Of a stretch of DNA of 64,000 bases, positions 58,215-64,000 are shown piece after piece. Made by a program: the position numbers and the translations under genes. The stretch comes from Lepidodermella squamata (taxonomy: Eukaryota; Animalia; Gastrotricha), in the NCBI GenBank assembly GCA_047495785.1, contig JBLDXI010000003.1, positions 434,001 through 498,000 on the forward strand, in the 5' to 3' direction. Position 1 is the stretch's first letter. Every line of letters starts with the position of its first letter. Below the pieces are notes generated by a model. The model saw only the letters and a list, made by a program, of their open reading frames with translations. It was not told where the DNA came from and did not search any database.

Positions 58215-61103
58215 ATGCCAAATTGGACAACGTATCAGCGGCGATACATCAAACCTGCGAAAAGTAAGTCTTCGAGCTGTTCCTTGTAGACTTGTTTTTA
58301 ATTAAGCAGTATACCGCATTGTTTGGTATTTACTCCTTAGTCTTTTACACATTTCCTGACTCTGCTAATGTTTTTCTAGGGTATTGGAAGATATTACTGG
58401 TGATTGCCATCTTACTCCAACTCATCCTAATAACTAGAGAAGTATTCTTTCGACACTCAGGTAAGACATCACTCCTCAGCCTTCATCATTCAGCATTAGG
58501 CTTCTTGTTAGATGATGGATCTCGCGATGTATCAGCAGGCGTTCCGAATAACTATGTTGTATCTAAACCCGTGGACGCTAAATTGTTGACAAGCTGCCCA
58601 GCAGAGCTCCAGCCAAAGTCAGAAAAGAGCTGCCCCAATGCTCTAATTCTAAAATCAGGTTCACAAAACACTGTTCTCCCCGTGTTTTGCCTGAACTCGC
58701 ATGAATTGTAAGCACCCATCAAAGCTGCTAGCAAAATGTAACTATTTCTTCTGTGCGTTCTCAAGGTTCAATAGGAGCAATTTCGAAGTTTCGAAGGAAT
58801 CGGCCGAGAGATACCGGGGTGTTCATGTTGTTGTCCTCGATCAATCAAACCCTTCGCGAATTCTAAAGAAAGCCTCCTATGACACCTACTCAAAGGACGA
58901 TGAATTCGTTAATTTTCTCGTTAACGACATTCATCCTGGCGATATTGTCCTGATCGCAAGTTTCGACGACATGAGTTTCATGCTGTCATCGATGGCCCGA
59001 GGGTTAATCGCTCTTTTCTTTGGTGCGAACGAAATTGAGCATATGAATTTGAGAGATAACTACGTCCTTGTTAGTCAGAAGGGCTTGGCTAAAGGGTTTG
59101 CCTACGAGAATATCGTGAGAAAGCGGGGCGATGAATCTTTCCCAGCATCGAGTGCACTTATTTCGATATGCCTTGACTTTCCACGTAAGTTATCTAAAGA
59201 TAGTCAGGATTTATGACCAATAAACTTTCTGTCCAATTTTAGTTGGTCCAATCGGTAGGCTGCCACCTGGAAACGGCATTAGAGCAATGTACAAGTCCAT
59301 CAAAGCCGGCGTGATGATGAACTGCGGCCTCGATGCAATCTGCGACCCTAGCTACGCTGTCCCAGTCTGGATCTCAACCGGGGTCGAAAATACTGTAGGG
59401 CCGGAACTCTGCATCAACAGCCATCTGGTATTCCACCCGTCGATGCAACTAGGCGGAGGAGGGATCAATTTAGCTCAGTACGACCCTTTCACACAACAAA
59501 TCGTGACTAGGGATCGGTTTAACAACGCGCCTGGGGAATTTACGCGAATTGCTATGATGCTAGAGCAAATGCCGGACGATCATCTGTTATTCGGGGTTTT
59601 CAGCGATGATTCATCCCGGGTTCAGCCGAATTTCGACCAATTTGGAGTTAAGACACTTCTGAACAGGAAATTTCGAAGCGTTGGATTCTTCGTAGGCCAA
59701 AAACATGCTGAAAACGCGTTGGAGGGTATTTCTGAGAAGGCAGACGCCGCTCCATTTGCGGAGTCTATCATCTTCCGAGGCTGTGTGCCGAGACAAATTC
59801 GAGGGTTGAGGCTATCTGAGAATGGGATCAGAGATTCAAAAATGCCGCATAGGTTTTGTGGTGTAGACGGGGTTTCAGACAGATTTTGTGCTCAAGACTT
59901 ATCAATACCTGGCAAATGGCTAACCCCGAATTCGGGCCTTGTAGCAAAGGAGCCTTATCCAACCCAAATTTTCGTGTTAACAGGAAATGACCCGATTTCA
60001 GTTAGAATGATTCTAGACTCAATTGTAAACCAGCCCAAAGCTAACATATTGAGGGATAAAGTTACAGTTTTTGCCTCCGAATTAGTTCCCTCGGTTAACA
60101 GAGTCGAAATCAAAGAGTTGATCTTGTCTTACGGCTACAACTACGAATTGGTTAAAGCAGAGGAAGCTGCTACCTTCGACCAACTCTATGAACACGCCTT
60201 AAGGGCAGCCATTGAGAAAACTGACAATTCAGAGTTCTTTTTTATCGAGCAAGATGTTGTTCTGAGTCCTGATTTCGTTCAAAGTAGTCTGTCAGCTTTT
60301 TCTGAGAGTAAGGACATTTCAGGAGTGAGTGGCTTTAATCCCAATGCATTTTCCTACTCCGGATCTGATCACCCTGACCCGTATGCAGCATTTCTCACCA
60401 ACACAGCCTTACCTTCGCCGTGCGTTTTGCTGTCTAAAGATTTTGCTAAGAGATTCCTCAAAGACTTGAGCTTAGTTAGGAAGAAGAGGCGATACACTCC
60501 TTGGTCAACACCGTTCGATAGTTACTTTATAGTGTTTGAAACCTCGAGGTGTTTTAAGTATACTCCTCATTTTTCAACTGCCTCTTTTGGTGAGGAAAAT
60601 GAAGTATTGGCCCTTCAGACCATTTATTGGGGGAGGAAAAGGACTATGTTGTCCTTACCACTGAAAACTGAGTTGGGCTCATTCGCATCAGTGAAATCTG
60701 AGAGAAATTACGAGGCGTATTTGATAGATCTCATGTCGAAGGCCAAATCGAAAATTGAGGTGGAGAAGTCGAACATTTGTGAGCTGTGTTCGCTTGAGAC
60801 TGAAGGGTCCGTTTTTCGAAATCGAACAGTTGGCATATTGTTGTATGAAACAGCTGATGCGCTCGACAAATTAGCGAAGTGCTGCGGTCTTGGCGGTCTT
60901 TCTGCAGTGGAAGCTGTTGACAAGAGGCGGTTTGGGTTATTTAAAACGACATTCATGTAAGTAACTCGATGCATATTCAATCGTAAAAGTAATTTGATCT
61001 GTTTTTTCCTAGACTGAAAACCGACTACGTCATACACATTGTTGTTGATAGCTCATCGGCATTTTACCAAGAATTCTCTGGAAAGGCTTTAATTCAACGT
61101 TGA
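58215..61103 (+). CDS. POMGNT1-like type II membrane protein: tandem ILEI/FAM3 domains + GT13-like glycosyltransferase domain (multi-exon)
   Basis: N-terminal TM helix, ILEI motifs (RGVHVVVLD..YDTY..GDIVLIASFDD; GINLAQYD..FSDD), GT-A segment FIEQDVVLSPDF...VSGFN. Confidence 0.72.
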
Positions 61104-62230
61104 TGACGCGAGTGATCAATTTTATCAATCTTTCATATTTTTGTTCGAGCTCATACGTGGACAGTTGGACCTAAAATTACAGAGTCGCATATCCTTAATA
61201 AATGAAAGCTCAAACATGGCTCTGAACTTGCGTGAATCAGTCACTTTTCTTTTGAATTTTTGTGTTTTAGGATGGTGTCCAAAGTATATTAGCAATCATT
61301 TATTGTGACGCTATTAGCTCTTGCAACAATTCATCATCTCAAATCTCGCGATGGCCCATGTAAAACAAGAGGCCAGAGGCATCTCAGACTTGTGCGTCTC
61401 CACTTTAGAGGAGATCTTGACCAACACGTACGGGCCTCGCGAAACGGCTGTCTTTTTTATCTGACAATAATTTTGCCCGGAAAAATAATAATACCTATTC
61501 GAAGTTTCGGAAAACATCTTTTTTATCTATAACATTAATGATTCAAGGAATATTCTTGGAGGAATGGACACTATTACTATGAGGAAATATTCATTTGTGA
61601 GGGATCAACAACAGCGGCTGAACTTGCAGTTGAAGAGCGCCGCTATATATTTCGGCGAAAATCTTGAATATATAGATCGATAACACACCACTAAAACGTA
61701 GCGAGCGCGTCCGCATCTCATATGCTGTGCGCTGTATATTTATGCGCATGAATACGTATAATCAATAACAGCAGACGCTACACTCGCGCTCGCCAGCTGA
61801 CCTTCACATATAGAATATACTGCGGCATATTCGTGTACATTTATGTTAGCCTATGTGTAAACAACCACTGACCACTGGCGATAGCGTGGACTGCCTCATT
61901 CTTCACATTTTCTATGAAAGAGTGCTGAGTCTATTTTTACATTATGCCTTAAAATATGTCTTGAAAGTATTGCCTTTTTACATTTAGATCAGTTGCCCAT
62001 GTTCTATCGCATCACAACCAGAAAGAAATACTCTATATTCAGCCGGTATGAAAAATCGCGCCATTAGAGATTAGAGCCTCTCAACTAACAAGAAACTAGA
62101 AAAAAAAATGATTAGAATTAGAATAAACCTGAAAGTCCTCCTAGTTTCGTTAAAGCTTATTGATTATGTCCACCTAGGTGATGTAGTTGAAATGAAAGTG
62201 AAAGCATTTTAGGATAACCTGATATGCACA

Positions 62231-62407
62231 TGTCGTATTTAAAGTCGTATTTAAAATCATATATTCTTGATAAAAGACAAGGCCAAAATGCCTAATTTTA
62301 TTTTTCATGGGTTTTCGAAATCTGGGTTAAAATCCGCAGGACATGAGTCATTTTGGCCAAGAATATATGATTATCAAGAATATATGATTATCGACTTTAC
62401 ATACGAC
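62231..62407. repeat. Short inverted-repeat element upstream of the transposase
   Basis: tgtcgtatttaaagtcg / cgactttacatacgaca and aatcatatattcttg / caagaatatatgatt arms. Confidence 0.6.
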
Positions 62408-62632
62408 ACATAGAACCAATTAGAGCCCGAAAATTGCAACAATCTCAGTGAATTAAATGGTAAACCGGCATTTTCAGTATTCAGCATTCATTTGAATTTG
62501 AGCCCATTTTGGGCATAGATTTTGAGTAATTCTGTTTGCTGTCGGCGCGCCGGTCTCCACTGATCTGAAATCTTACTTTTACCTTTCATTCATTATTCAA
62601 TTTACACTAGGCTTTAACATTCTTCAAATTTC

Positions 62633-64000
62633 ATGGCTCGCATAAAAAATACAAGAAATGCAGATAAACAGCTTCCGTCTTATATCAATCCGAATCAGCG
62701 CTGCGTAAGTTTTTCACAAAATGTTTAGCAAACATTTTTGCTGAACAATATCCATAACATTTTACAGTCGAAACGCCAAATGATGGAATCTGCAAAGAGA
62801 AACACTGGTAAAGCCTACTTAAGGCAACAGTTGGTTCGAGATGGGAAGATCATCCGCAAAGCAAAAATGGTCGAAGCAAAAGTCGGCCGGAGAATTATTT
62901 GCAAATGTGACCGCAAGTGCCATTTAAAATTTACTGAAAATCAATGCGCTGCCATTTGCCGGGCCGTGTGGAGATCTGGCAAAATTAAGGATCGGCGCAC
63001 TTTTGTGTGCCGCTTTGTTAGCGTCATTGAAGGGAAACGCAATTTTCGTTACGCGATCCCGGGCGAAGCTAGCAGCGATAATTCAAGACCTCGCAAGCAA
63101 TTTGACGTTGAAGTAAGCTTCTCTGATTTTGTATCTTCTTCTGAAACTAATAAATCCAACTTCAGGTATGCTACCCTTTTTTCTTGGCATGCACCGCTCT
63201 GACTCGCCGTTTTATCGGCTGGACTCTGGACTTCAAACAGGCCCCATTTCGAGCGGCCGTTCTTGAAGATGGGCGGGGCAAGCAGAAGGGCAGGGGCGCA
63301 ATTTCTCGACAGCAGCTTGATGCTGTTATCTCGTTTATCAATGGAATCGAGCGATTGCCGTCTCATTTCAAACGGAAAGAGTGCAACAAACAATTTATCG
63401 ACAGGTTTCTTCTAATTTGATAGCTGCGTGCCGATTTTTCATTACAATTTATCGCATTAGCTATCATTCTATAGCGTCGCTCTATCGCGACTATTGTGAT
63501 AACCTAAGGAAAAGGCGAAGCGAATTCGAAGACGCTGCTGGGACATCTAAACCATCTTCCAGCAAAGATTTCAAGCCTGTTCATTACGAAACATTCAGAA
63601 GAATTTTCAGAAATTGCTTCCCCAATTTATCATTCAGAAGGCCCAAGGTACGTCTAAGATTACTTCGAATCTTTCCTGCATTATTTATTGACTCTGTTTC
63701 AGATTGATGGATGTAAATGTTGTCAGCGGCTCGCTAGCTTGTCAAAAGCAGATGTCGGCCGTGATAATCAGGGCCGAATTAGGAAGTTGCTCGACAAGCA
63801 CCTGGCCAGGCGCGATAACGCCCGAACTGCGCTTCGTCGAGACATTGCATACGGCGCGGCTAACAAACACCGAGTGAATGTGATCAATTTCGATTTTCAG
63901 GTACCAAACAAAAACTGTTTCCTAAAAAATCTGTTTATTATGATGATTTTTCTGTTATTAATATAGCGAAACCTTGAAGTTCCAAGCAGCAATCTCAAGT
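62633..64000 (+). mobile_element. Intron-containing DNA transposase gene (Sola-like, tentative), runs off window end
   Basis: Spliced motifs CKCDRKC, DGRGK, SHFKR, LYRDY, F.NLSF.RPK.D.C..C, INFDFQ..L..P recalled from invertebrate DDE transposases; superfamily assignment is from memory only. Confidence 0.65.

Overview
Gene-dense eukaryotic (animal-type) genomic DNA with many short (~45-60 nt) spliceosomal introns, so the ORF track fragments most genes and misses several. The window holds three tandem copies of an unusual ~970-aa Cys-loop (pentameric ligand-gated) channel subunit whose N-terminus carries ~520 aa of two internally repeated beta-rich domains plus a Ser/Thr stalk. It also holds an apparently intact, intron-containing Tc1/mariner element (DD46D spacing, second cargo ORF); several hAT-type MITEs; a divergent GABA-B-like class C GPCR with an in-frame stop; a rearranged multi-I29 cathepsin-L-like locus; two intronless secreted amidases flanking a divergent nuclear receptor; and SOCS-box and ankyrin genes. 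Seven Ly6/three-finger genes plus one pseudogene form a cluster. Embedded in that cluster, and invisible to the ORF track, are two genes built almost entirely from small symmetric phase-2 exons; the better-resolved one encodes a secreted Trp/Asn/Ser/Pro-rich, Cys-free protein with ~30 N-glycosylation sequons. A POMGNT1-like ILEI+glycosyltransferase gene and a partial DDE transposase close the window. All splice models were built by eye and need RNA-seq confirmation; no database searches were run.
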